The notes under the pieces were generated by a model, which saw only the letters and a list, made by a program, of their open reading frames with translations, ran no database searches and was not told where the DNA came from. From Octopus sinensis (Eukaryota), in the NCBI RefSeq assembly GCF_006345805.1, contig NC_043008.1, positions 36,022,001 to 36,086,000 of the forward strand: a DNA stretch of 64,000 nt. The letters run 5' to 3'. Of the stretch, positions 40,901 through 52,440 are shown piece after piece. The position numbers and the translations under genes were made by a program. Numbering within the stretch: the stretch's first letter is position 1; each line of letters opens with the position of its first letter.

Positions 40901-43900
40901 CCCCAAACAATGTGCTGTATGCCACCCACAATAAATGCAGAATCAATCTTACCCTCTTTAGTTGTAACCAAACCCAGAATCTATATGCATACAGGAATAC
41001 ACTGGACATCGGAGTACAATATGTCCAGAATTCATGCACATTGCTGTGTGTCATGGTAAGCAATAGTCCTCAGATGAGGTGGGGGAAGAAATGGTGAAAC
41101 TGGAAAAGGTACACCGTTTCTGACATCTTAAGTAGGAATTCTATAGGCAATTTCATTGGTTTCATGATGTATTTCATTTGAAGGACAATATATTGAAGGA
41201 TCATCAATGTATCTTTATCTTTTTAGTACTTCTCTTTTAATAAAATTAGGCAAGTAGTCTAAATATTTCATTTACATAAAGCAGACTAAGAATTCATATT
41301 TATTCTATATTCTTTCTACCACTTGTTGAAGAGCTAATCAGTTACAGCTATCTTTTAAGGATCAGTATGGGTACATTCCTAAAATTCTGCAAATTGAAGA
41401 CCATCTCCTGGATTATTTGACAAATATAAAATAACATTTAGTCAGTTTCAAGGAAATTGAAAGTTCAGAACATGCATAAGATGCATAGCATACAGTCTTG
41501 TACAAAAGACATGGCACTGTCTGCGTCAGAAGATACAAATACTACTTTTTGATTTCTTTCAACACTTACATAGCCAGTCAGATTTTTAAGTGGAGATGAT
41601 ACCATGTTATTAGCTAAAATATTACTTTTAGAATTGTAAATAATTTAGACATTGTACAACCAAATGATTTCTAAAAGAGTTTAAAATTTCCCAATTGTTT
41701 TTTTCTTTTTTCTCAGTATGGCTTCCATGAAATCTAACTATATAAAAAAGAATTTTTTCTTTGTAGATAAATCTATACTTTTACCAAGAATCAATGACCA
41801 CTGAATACTCTTTAATCTGGATGTAAGAATTTCCATGTATTTATAACTAATGTAATAGCAAAAAAAAGTGTTTTTGCTATTGCCTACTTAATTCCCCAAT
41901 TCCCTTAGCAATTCTAAAATCAGGTATGCATGGGATTTTAAAAAAAGCTGGAAGATGATGTATTATTGAAATGGGAAACTTTCATTCTGCCACATAAACA
42001 CACACATTTTCAGTTGCTGAAACATGCTAAATGAAAAAGTAGAAGGTCACAAGAAATCACTTACTTTAAACATCTATGCAATTACTTGAACATTTTCTAA
42101 ACATTTTGTCAAGATGTTTCTCAAATATAGTAAGAGACTCCCAGGTAATCACAACAGTGTTTCAGGTTTTTTGAACTTGGACTAAAACAACTAATCTTAA
42201 GGCACTTTATGACAAGTGAAAATTCTGTTCAGATCTAGGTTTATGTTGGCTTTCTTCCCTGCATGGGTTTTCTCATAAATCACTCTTTATAGCTCATTTT
42301 CTAAGCCATTATGATATATGGGTTAAGTTAAATATACATTAAAAAAGTCATTAAATAAAGATAAAACAAAACACATTTGAAATACTGAAGCAGATGAGTC
42401 ACAACTTAGGAAATTACAACAATGGGTCACCAGTGACTGAAAATGAGTAGCACCTGCTCAATGAACCCTTATAAAACATACTCAGACATTTGGACATCAA
42501 ACTTGTTAAATAGAATTTAACAAAAGGTAAAATTTCGTAGAAAGGAAGCAACTAGTAGATTGGCAAAAGCTTTATGAAATTTCATGGAGGTTTTATTAAA
42601 TTTGTCAAATAGAATCAATCTTACTAATTTTAGTATAAAAAAAAATACCATATTCGACAATGTTGGTGTGTAAATGTATGCACATGTAAATGTGAGTATA
42701 CATATATCAGAAAGGCAGTGTAGCAGGTGTGTGTTGATATGTGTGTCAGGAAGGAAGTGAGTGGGCTAGTGAGAGAGACAGTTGTGCGTGGGAGAAAAGA
42801 ATCAAGTTTGTAATGTCAACCACAAAGAATATATATATCAGAACAGACCAGGGCAATAATAAAACAATTTATAAAAGATTAAAAAAATAAAAAAAATTGT
42901 CAGGAGTGGGTATTAAATGCTTTATTACACACAACCACCTCACATAAACTGGAACGCAGCAGCAGTAGTAACAGTAATAGTACTTGTTGTCATGTGTTTT
43001 ATGGATGTAGGCATGGTTGAGTGGTTAAGGATTTTGCTCTACATTAACCAAACCTTGGATCTGATATCCTTGTGTGACATCTTGGCCCTGTGTCTTTTAT
43101 CACAACTCCAAATCACAGGTGAAATAAAGCCTTTCAAATGAAACCAGGTACACAGAAATTGTATGGATGGCCATCAGAAGTACTATACCAGTAATTAGAA
43201 AGGGGCCTGCCTTATACACTGTGTTATGCTGATCCTGCCTGAGGATTATTTTATAGGTATATATCTGTGGAAAACTCAGTCACACAATAATACACTGAAC
43301 AGGTTATTTAGTCAACTGAATCAGAATGGTGGTGGTCTGTGTGCTAAACAGTCATGTATTAAAGTCTTGCGTAATAAAGTTGAAACACTTCAATTAACAG
43401 AGATTATTCATGCAACTGGTTGACTAAAGATAAAAAAAGGAAACTAGATTTTTCAGTAAGATCAACTAAGTAAAAGTATTGGCATGTTAAGACAAGTTAA
43501 TGAAGTGGACCTTGTCTTTAAAAGTCAACTTCAGAAGGTAACATGTTTCAGTTTTATTGGACCTCCTTAGTGAAGCATATTCAGCTGATAGAGCCTTTAT
43601 GCAGTGGCTCAATCTGCAAGAAATAGCAGCCAAGTCTCCTTTTAATTACAATCTATAGACTGAAAAAAAAAAAGACATTTGATAGCATTGTTTGGAACAA
43701 AATTGGTAGTCATGCCTTTGTCGCATTGGGGTTTAAACAACATTAACGTTCAATTCACAGATTATACAGAAAGGCTCATCTGCTTAATGCTATAAACAAG
43801 ACCTGAGCACCAGTTCTTTAAAACTCCATCAGGTCAGCATTTTCATGTTTACAGGTCTTCATCCTATTCAGGAATAGTTAGGTGCAATTGAGGCAAGTAG

Positions 43901-44879
43901 AATTAAGTGTCTTGCCTAGAAACGACAAAACTTACAATAGATATGAACTCACAACCAATGAGCTAATTGTTCAGAAACCTTATAACTGTCTTATGACATT
44001 CTTCCTTTAACCATCATTTCAACAAGCCACTTACTAGTAACATGGCCAAAACTATAACAATCCCATCACATACTTGACTTTAATAACGGTTTCAAATTTT
44101 GGTGCAAGGCCAGCAATTTTGAGAGGTAGGGGCAAGTCAGTTACATAATCCCCAGTACTTCATTGAAAAGATGAAAGACAAAGCTAACTTCAGAAGGATT
44201 AGATTATCTGATGTCTTTTTAGTGGAGATTAAACCACATTCTTAAATATAACTGAAACAAGTAATTCAAGACAATGGAAAATGTGTAAGTTGTTCTGGAT
44301 GGTATTTAAAAAAAATTGCAGACCACAAACATATAGATTGGACTGGATTGCCTATTTTCAGTCCAGTGCAGGACGAAGGACTCGGCATGTTCTTGTCACC
44401 AACCATGGTCTGATGTGGAGGCTGTGAATGTGAGCTTGAGATCAGACTGGTTTAACAAGCTTACTCCACCACACTGGCTTAACTTGGCTTGGCAGAGGAA
44501 TGCAGTTTTTATATTCATACCCAGTAGCAGATCTATACACATGCAGCCTAAACCTGTCCTCATTACTCTGCCCATTATATCATTGCTATCTTGCTGTCCT
44601 CCACCCTCTGTAATACCCAGATCTCAGCTGTCACTCTATTCTCTCCCATCCCTCTTCTTTGCATTCACATGAACCCTAATCATGCACCCTTAGCAATGCT
44701 CTACAATCCAATTCATATCCTTATCACTGTACTTTGAGAGTATACCCAGGCACATCACCACCATCTCCCTCACTCTCTAACTGTGGTAACCATATATCTC
44801 TTACAGCAAGACCCTTTTGTCCCTCTGTCAAACTAGTCTCTCATCACCAGACACAAAGCCACCTCCTCCAGTACTCCCC

Positions 44880-45115
44880 ACCTCGCAAAGGATCTTTGTC
44901 TTGCAAGTTACTTGGTGATCTTGCCAGTACTGGTGTCATGTAACAAGCATCCAGGCCACACTGTAAAGTGATTGGCATTAGGAGGAGTATCCAGCTGTAA
45001 AAGCCATGCCAAAACAGAGAGTAGAACTTAGTGCAGTCCTTTGTCTTGCCAGCTCCTGTCAAGCTGTACAACCCATGCCAGCATGGAAAATGGATGTTAA
45101 ATGATGGTGGTGATA
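44880..45115 (+). mobile_element. SINE-like family C copy
   Basis: GGCATTAGGAGGAGTATCCAGCTGTAAAAGCC...AACCCATGCCAGCATGGAAAATGGATGTTAAATGATGGTG. Confidence 0.75.
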
Positions 45116-45323
45116 TATATCATGTTAACAACTAAAAACAAAGATTTTTGTGTCCATACATAGTCAGTATTTGAATATCTTTTACATTTGTCATAGCCAT
45201 CAATACATGAAACATTGTTTTACTATGGAACTTTGAGTATGTAAGATATTTGCATTATATTTTGTTTTCCATATAATACACACCTTCCATCAACCATGAG
45301 ATCCTATAAACTGTTTAAGTAAT

Positions 45324-45355
<32 letters not shown>

Positions 45356-45562
45356 AGTTCAGTAAAATTTAGATTCAAATGAATATGGTACTTAAGTTAA
45401 AGGCACCAGAATTTAGTATGGTATTATCCATATAATTTAAATGGGGCGATTATAATCAAAATAAGCAACAAGAATATCCAGAGGTAATGCAGAACGATCG
45501 TGTTGCTTATTTTGATATATAAATATATATATATATATATATAATATATATATATAGATAGA

Positions 45563-46250
45563 TATGGCCGTGTTACTAAGAAGCTTGTTTTGTAACCAAG
45601 TGGTTTTGAGTCGAGTCACACTGCGTGGCACTTTGGGAGAGTATCTTTTACAATAGCCCCAGGCTAACTAATAATTGTCTTGTAAGCAAATTTGGGAGAC
45701 AGAAACTGTATGAAAACCTGTCTGTCTGTTTATCTATACATACATATATATATATATACACACATGTTTATATATTTGTTTTGCAAGATTCTTGATGTGA
45801 AATCGTGTGTTGAAACAGATATTGTTGTATTTAGGAATGGCCATGTTGCCAGATTAGCCACAAATTAACACCAAATATATAGTGTGTGTGTTTTTATTGG
45901 CTAAACTGGCAACATGACCATTCCAAAATACAACAATATATATATATATATATATATGTTTGTTTCACCAATGTTTGACAACTGGTGTTGGTTTGTCTTC
46001 ATCCTTGTAACTTAGCTGTTTAGCAATGGAAACTAAAAGAATAAGCACACCATCATCATCTTCATTTAACATCTGTTTTCCATGCTGGTTGGACAGTTTG
46101 GCTGAATACTGGTAAGCTGGGGAGCTGCACCAGGTTCTAACCACACTGTAAAAGAAAAGTACTGGGGTCAATTTGTTCCATTAAACAATCCTTCAAGGCA
46201 GTGCTCCAGCATGACCACAATCCAATGATTAAAACAGTGAAAGTTAAGAG
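45563..46250 (+). mobile_element. Family A SINE carrying two nested inserts (an inverted-repeat unit and a family C fragment)
   Basis: Head at ~45563 and tail CAGTGCTCCAGCATGACCAC at ~46200-46250; inserts at ~45780-45940 and ~46051-46140. Confidence 0.7.
45819..45939. repeat. 42-bp inverted repeat (39/42 matches) with 37-nt spacer
   Basis: ATATTGTTGTATTTAGGAATGGCCATGTTGCCAGATTAGCCA (45819-45860) versus TGGCTAAACTGGCAACATGACCATTCCAAAATACAACAATAT (45898-45939). Confidence 0.92.
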
Positions 46251-46418
46251 ATATCATTATTTTGAAAACTTTTTTTTGTCTTCTCCATCAATGATTTGGA
46301 TTTTATTTCTTTTGCAAGCAAACAAGCAAACAAATTAGTAAAAAATATAGCTATTTAATTTTTGGGGTACTTAAATTTTGAATACTGATGGTGGTTCATG
46401 ACAGAAGAGCCACTAGAA

Positions 46419-46473
<55 letters not shown>
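46419..46473. repeat. (TG)n microsatellite
   Basis: Visible run. Confidence 0.95.
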
Positions 46474-46474
<1 letters not shown>

Positions 46475-46504
46475 AAACAGAAATGTGTATGCATGTATAG
46501 ATGT

Positions 46505-46845
46505 AGATATAGCTGTGTGGTAAGAAGTTTGCTTCACAACCACATGGTTTGGGGTTCAGTCCCACTTTCTGGCACTTTGGGCAAATGTCTTCTGCTATAG
46601 CTTTGGGCCAACCAAAGCCTTGTGTGTGGATTTGGAAACTGAAAGAAGTTTGTTGTGTCTGCTTGACCAATGCTTGACAACCAGTACTGGTGTGTTTATG
46701 TCTCTGTAAGTTAGTAATAGCATAATCAATAGTAATCAATAGCATAAATACCAAGCTTAAAAATAAAGTAGTGGGGCTAAAAATTCTTCAGGGTGGTACC
46801 CCCAGTATGGTCACGGTCTAATGCCTGAAACAAGTAAAAGATAAA
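46505..46845 (+). mobile_element. Family A SINE, CpG-decayed full-length copy
   Basis: GCTGTGTGGTAAGAAGTTTGC...GGTTCAGTCCCAC...CTGAAACAAGTAAAAGATA. Confidence 0.85.
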
Positions 46846-47709
46846 TACACACGCACGCACATGAGAAAGACATACATATTAGACATTCATATATGCGTGT
46901 AACCTAGTTCTTCGTTATCTTTACCAGCTCAAATAGTCTGTCAAAGTTAAAGTGCATGCAATAAAAAGTGCAAGAGAACCAGCAAAATCTGATACAAAAA
47001 AGAGCAGTGGAGTGGATATGAGTTGGTGATTGAAGAATCAATGAAATGTAATAAATTGCAACTTGGTTGTGGCCATAATGATTATTGTATTCTGTTTTTG
47101 TAGACAGATGTTCCATACAAGCTCGCAATAAATTTGTGTGCTGCACGTTGCAATATTTCTGTGTGTCTACACAGGCATTTGTTCTAAATTAATCCATGCT
47201 TTATTAAATCACTAATTTTCTGTGAGTTCATCTGATTGATTTGTCTTTGATCAGCCTGCATGTGAGACAAAGTACACATGCATACGTTTGTTTGTTGTGT
47301 GGAGTGGGGAAGGGGGCAATGCAATGTTACCTTTTTTTGCGGTCATCTTGTAAGACAAAGCCATTTCAAAACGACAAAAACATTTAATACAAACATCTGT
47401 TCCCACCACCTCTGGATTGTTTTGACTAAACACAAGGCCTTTCGTAAAAGAAGGGTAAATGCAAGTGAAAAAGTTCTATAGACAGTTTGGTGTCTCACAG
47501 GTACTTTACTCACTACTTCTTCACAAACAGGCAAAGTTAATTTCAATTGTAAGAACAGAGAGCTATGAAATGGAACGTTGGGTCACATTTAGAGTATGGA
47601 TCTCAAGGGGATGATGATGTCCTTGTGCTGCCTCCAGAAATATATATACTAAAATATATAATAAATGAATTAATGACACTGATGAGCTACTCTGCCTAAT
47701 GTTGCCCAG

Positions 47710-48066
47710 TTCGTACTTGTAGCGACATTCACCCTGGGCAGGTTGAGTCGGCTTCTACCACCCTCGAGGTATCTCGAACCATGGCAACCCACGCACGACA
47801 GTCCTGCGCCAGTCAGGGTTCCATCAGCGCAAGCCGACCACCTGCGGTCCCGTGAGCATGGAGAGGTCCTCCTTGATCGTCATAACCCAGGTCTTCAGCT
47901 GCCCGCCCGCACGTTTCCGCCAGTTGTGAAATGGAGTTGGGAGAAGGACATCACGGCTCAGTTCACACACTGGACGCCTACATGCATGGCCAAACCACCG
48001 CAAGCACTGTTGCAGAAGGACAGATGGAAGGGGCCGCAGAGTCAGGCGAAGTCGCCCAGTTCTTGA
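47710..48066 (-). mobile_element. RTE-clade LINE 3' end
   Basis: Minus strand translates to LRWFGHACRRPVCELSRDVLLPTPFHNWRKRAGGQLKTWVMTIKEDL; ends GGTGAATGTCGCTACAAGTAC. Confidence 0.88.
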
Positions 48067-48109
48067 AAAGTTAGCAATTCCAATTCCGATCCATTTAGAC
48101 TGTGCCTAT

Positions 48110-48990
48110 TAATGTTTCAAATTTTGGTACATGGCCATAATAATAATCCTTTCTACTAAAGGCAAAAGGCCTGGAATTGAGGGGAGGGGTACAATCGATC
48201 ATATTGACCCCGGTACTTGACTGGAACTTAATTTATCAACCCTGAAAAGATGAAAGGCAAAGTCAACCTCAGCGGAATTTGAATTCAGAACGTAGCGATA
48301 GGTGAAATACTGCTAAGCATTTTGTCTACTGAGCTAATGATTCTGCCAGCTCCCTACCTTAATCTTTATTAATAATTTCATAGATACAATGTGGGAGGAA
48401 TATAATTCATTATGATGATCCCAATACTTGAATGGTATGATCAACATCAAAAGGATGATACTTCACCTCAGCAAGGTTTTGAACTCAGAACATAAAGAGA
48501 TGGAACCAAATACCACAAGAGACCATTTGTCCAAATCTATCCAATTATACCATCTACCACACTCTTCATAACAATTATAGCTAACATAGGTCAAAGGCCG
48601 CAAATTATAAAGAAAAGTTAGTTGACTGAACCAACCCTGCTACTTGATTGGTATTTCCTTTTATCAATCTGGGAAGGACAAAAGGTAAAAGTGACCTCAT
48701 CAGAATTTGAATTCAGAATGTAAAGGTCTGTAACAAAATAATATAAGACATTTTATCCAATGCTCTAATGATCTCACCAATTAACCAGTGTGAATGACAG
48801 TAATAATATTTTCTAAAACAATCACTCCTATAGAGAGAAATTGACCTGTACATGACTGGTACTTAGTTTATCAACACTATACTGTAAAGATGCAAAATCA
48901 ACCTTGGCAGGAACTGAACTCAGAAAATATAGTGATGAAACTACATACTCAGGTATGTAGTTTTATTCCTCTATTCCTGTTATTGCCATT
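48110..48990 (-). mobile_element. Head-to-tail array of about four family B SINE copies
   Basis: Units at ~48140, 48370, 48575 and 48800, each with TACTTGA.TGGTA...ATCAA...GAACTCAGAA or GAATTCAGAA. Confidence 0.75.
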
Positions 48991-49217
48991 CAATCAGCTT
49001 TAGCCATTAAAAACATCTTGAGATATGAAGTCAAAAATCTGAAGCACTTATAAAACAAAATGAGATGTAGAATACATGTTTTCACAATTTTCCTGTAATG
49101 CTACTCCAATAGAGAACTGCAAACTATAGTAGAAGCATCCACTTATCTGATAGAATAATACACACTGGGTCTTAGTCCTGATGGTTATGACAATGGTTAG
49201 TGTGTGGTATATTGTTG

Positions 49218-49434
49218 AAGGCAGCGAGCTGGCAGAAACGTTAGCACGCCGGGCGAAATGCATAGCTGTATTTCGTCTGCCGTTACATTCTGAGTTCAAA
49301 TTCCGCCGAGGCCGACTTTACCTTTCATCCTTTTGGGGTTGATAAATTAAGTACCAGTTACACATGGGGGTCGATATAATCGACTTAATCCATTTGTCTG
49401 TCCTTGTTTGTCCCCTGTGGGTAGTAAAGAAATA
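49218..49434 (+). mobile_element. Family B SINE, full length, with 12-bp TSD
   Basis: GGTATATTGTTG at 49206-49217 and 49435-49446; A/B boxes GAGCTGGCAGAAAC and GAGTTCAAATTCC. Confidence 0.92.
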
Positions 49435-52094
49435 GGTATATTGTTGTATACTGGCACATGAGGAAAAGGCATATGGCCTAGCAGTTAGTGTGTTGCACTC
49501 ACAGTCATGAGTTTGTGGTTTTCAATCCTGAACCAGATATACATTGTGTTTTTCAGCAAAGTATTTCATTTCATGTTGTTCTGCAATCCATTTGACAGCT
49601 AATGTGTGGCACACTTGTGCACCTGTACAGATAATCTTGATTTAATTGAGGGAATAAACTCATGTACAGCACAAACATTCGATCACTATACATTAATGAT
49701 CTGTGCAGGTTGTTCGGCAAGAAATTGCAGAATCGTTTTTCTAGGAGTCGAGAAGCTACCAAGAAGAGAAAGGCACGTCCACTGATTGTTGTTATAGTGC
49801 TGGCTGGTGTTGTAGTAATTAGTCAACAACCCACTCAGTGGTGGTTATTGCTGTAGTAAGTTGTCAACAGTCTATACAGCTATGGTGAAGAAAACAGCTA
49901 AACCTTGTTAGACATCTATACTGATGAGTATAGCAGTCAGTCTACCATAAATAAATAGTAGTATATAATAAGTAGTTGGTCTATAATTAGGATGTAGCTA
50001 ACGACTGTTGAATTACTGAAGCCTGCTGTAATTAGATGCAGTGACACAATAGTACACTATTTCAGTTATAGTAAGACTTTAAATTAAATAGTTAAGTAAC
50101 TTAACTATTGTTTTTCATGAGGATGGCGCCTCTGAGTAATTCAGTGATTTGTGTTCAGAGAATATGCTAAATAGTAATGGTTGTTTTACAGCAGACTAAA
50201 GGCAGGTTGCAGTGAAAACTGAGTTGGATGATTATTTAAAGAGTTATCTATAGTTGGAGCATATAATTGTATATCCCTGTCTACAATCAGTGTATTGTGG
50301 GTCCTTAAGTGGTGACAAGTAGAGCATCGGTTATTAGCCACTGCCTATAATAGAAAAAAAAGCATTTCTTGTTACCTAGTTAGACCACAACACAGAGAAC
50401 AACAGTTGCAGTCAGACGTCTAAACTGGAATGACAGTTGCTGTAGTGAGATGGTTTTGGTCCATGTTTTGTTTTTCATAAGCGGACATCAAGTCAGGAGA
50501 GTGTCAAGAAAAAAATGTGAAATTGTGATGGAAATCCTTTTTCTAGGGGGAAATAGGGAAACGGGGTTGAGGAAATGAAATAGCATCAGGTGAAAAATGC
50601 CTCCTTTACATTCAGACTTGAGCTCCGACTACGATCCCTCCCTGATAAGATGAGTATAACTAAATGTACTATTTCGCTTAAATCGATATGTCACCTTTTT
50701 CACACAATTAATCCTTCGTAGTAATGTTAGCTATTATTATTGAGAGCAATTCGCTTTTGAAAAAGAGAGAGACGAGGACATACATACATACTGGTATTGA
50801 TCCCATCGACTACATTATATACACCTCTGAAATAAGAAGCCTTGTACCAATGTTAGAAATCAATTATTCCCACAGCATACTAATGGTGTGTGACAGAAGC
50901 AGCTGTCATCTCTGTTTGGATTGTGGTCTAACTACAGCAACCTTATCTTTGGACTGTGGTGTAGAATATTTCGTATGAAGAAAGAGATCACCGATATTGT
51001 GTATAATAAAGCTTCAAGCATTACAACTACAACTGCACCGCAGCCAGTTTAGTAAACAATGCAAAATGCATGAGGTGTGTATAGGGGGGTAACAAACAGT
51101 GGTTACTATCGCATATAGTTGCCATACTCAACCCCAACAACATTACTGAAAATAATAGTTAAAATCAAGTGTTTAGCATTTAAATCTAACCCCGTAAAGC
51201 ATTGTTTGGTTTCTTCCTACCGTAACCCTCTCCCTCCCGCCAACAAATCCTAACTGCTGGCTCTGTGGCTTCTCTTTCCCAACAGTACATGCAAGACATT
51301 TATTTACCATGCACATCAGTAACGAATGCCCTTTTTATTATTATTATTACACTGCTTAGCAACTAAGTAACTTCGCTGTAATAATCAGATATTGCCAAAT
51401 GTTAAAACTATCAGTACGATTAGCGAGTAAAAACATTTATCAAAACATTTATTTGTCAGCCCGAACTTTGGTTGGCCTCTTCTTCCCTTCAAATGTTGTT
51501 AATTACGGTCAGTTCTGAACAAGCAGTGCTATTATTGAAAGGCGATTACGATTTCAATGTAGCAGTAGTCTTTCACTTTTGAAGACGACGGAGTGGTGAG
51601 TTGAGGAAGATCTGGCTGCTATTTCTAGCAGGCCTTGAGAAGATGTATGAGTGTGTGTGTGAGTGTGATAGTCGTAATGTTTTTTATCTAAAAATTTCGC
51701 TGAAACGATAATATTAACTTTACTTAGTAAATATATAGTAAAAATTTTACTTAATAAAATTATTATTAATCAAAATAAAAAAAAGCAGCTGACCAGCCTT
51801 ATTACTTACGGATAAACAATGCCGTTGTGCTTATTCAGAAAGAAAGATGTAGAAAAAAAAAACTTGATGTGACAAGAGAATTGACTAATTTTGAAATCCG
51901 CCAATTTTAGCGTAAATCAAGTGAAAAGGAAAACATCAGAAATTCATGTTCGAAACTGTTCCCGTGTTCTGAAGCACGACGTACTTCATTACGTCCCTTT
52001 ACTTTCGAAACACAACTCTTGTTGAGTGAATATATATATATACGCATGAGCGTAAATATTACACACACACATTATATATAGAGAGAGAAGGAGG

Positions 52095-52440
52095 GAGGAC
52101 TGCGTGGTGTGGAAGCTCTCTTTGCAACTACGTGGTTTCCGGTTCAATCCCACTGCGCAATACTTTGGGCAAGTGGCTTCTACTTGTAGATCCAGGCTGA
52201 CCGATGCTGTGTGAGTGAATTTAGTAGACCGAAATTCTGAAAGCCCGTAGTATGTGTACATGTACACACACAAAATGCGCGCGCACATCTTTGTGTCATC
52301 TTTCTCGCTGCTACTTTGTTTACGTCCCCGGAACTTAGCGGTTCAGTAAAAAGGGCGATAGAATAAGTACGAAACTTAAATAACAAGTGCTGAGATCTAT
52401 TCGACTAAACCCTTCAAGGTAGTGCCCCAGTACTAAAACA
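52095..52440 (+). mobile_element. Family A SINE, diverged but CpG-retaining
   Basis: GGTTTCCGGTTCAATCCCACTGCGCAATACTTTGGGCAAGT...CTTAGCGGTTCAG...TTCGACTAAACCCTTCAAGG. Confidence 0.8.

Noticed and set aside
50620-50700. CTGATAAGA...ATCGATATGTCA, a possible hammerhead relic
   Set aside because: Both core boxes deviate from CUGANGA and GAAA.
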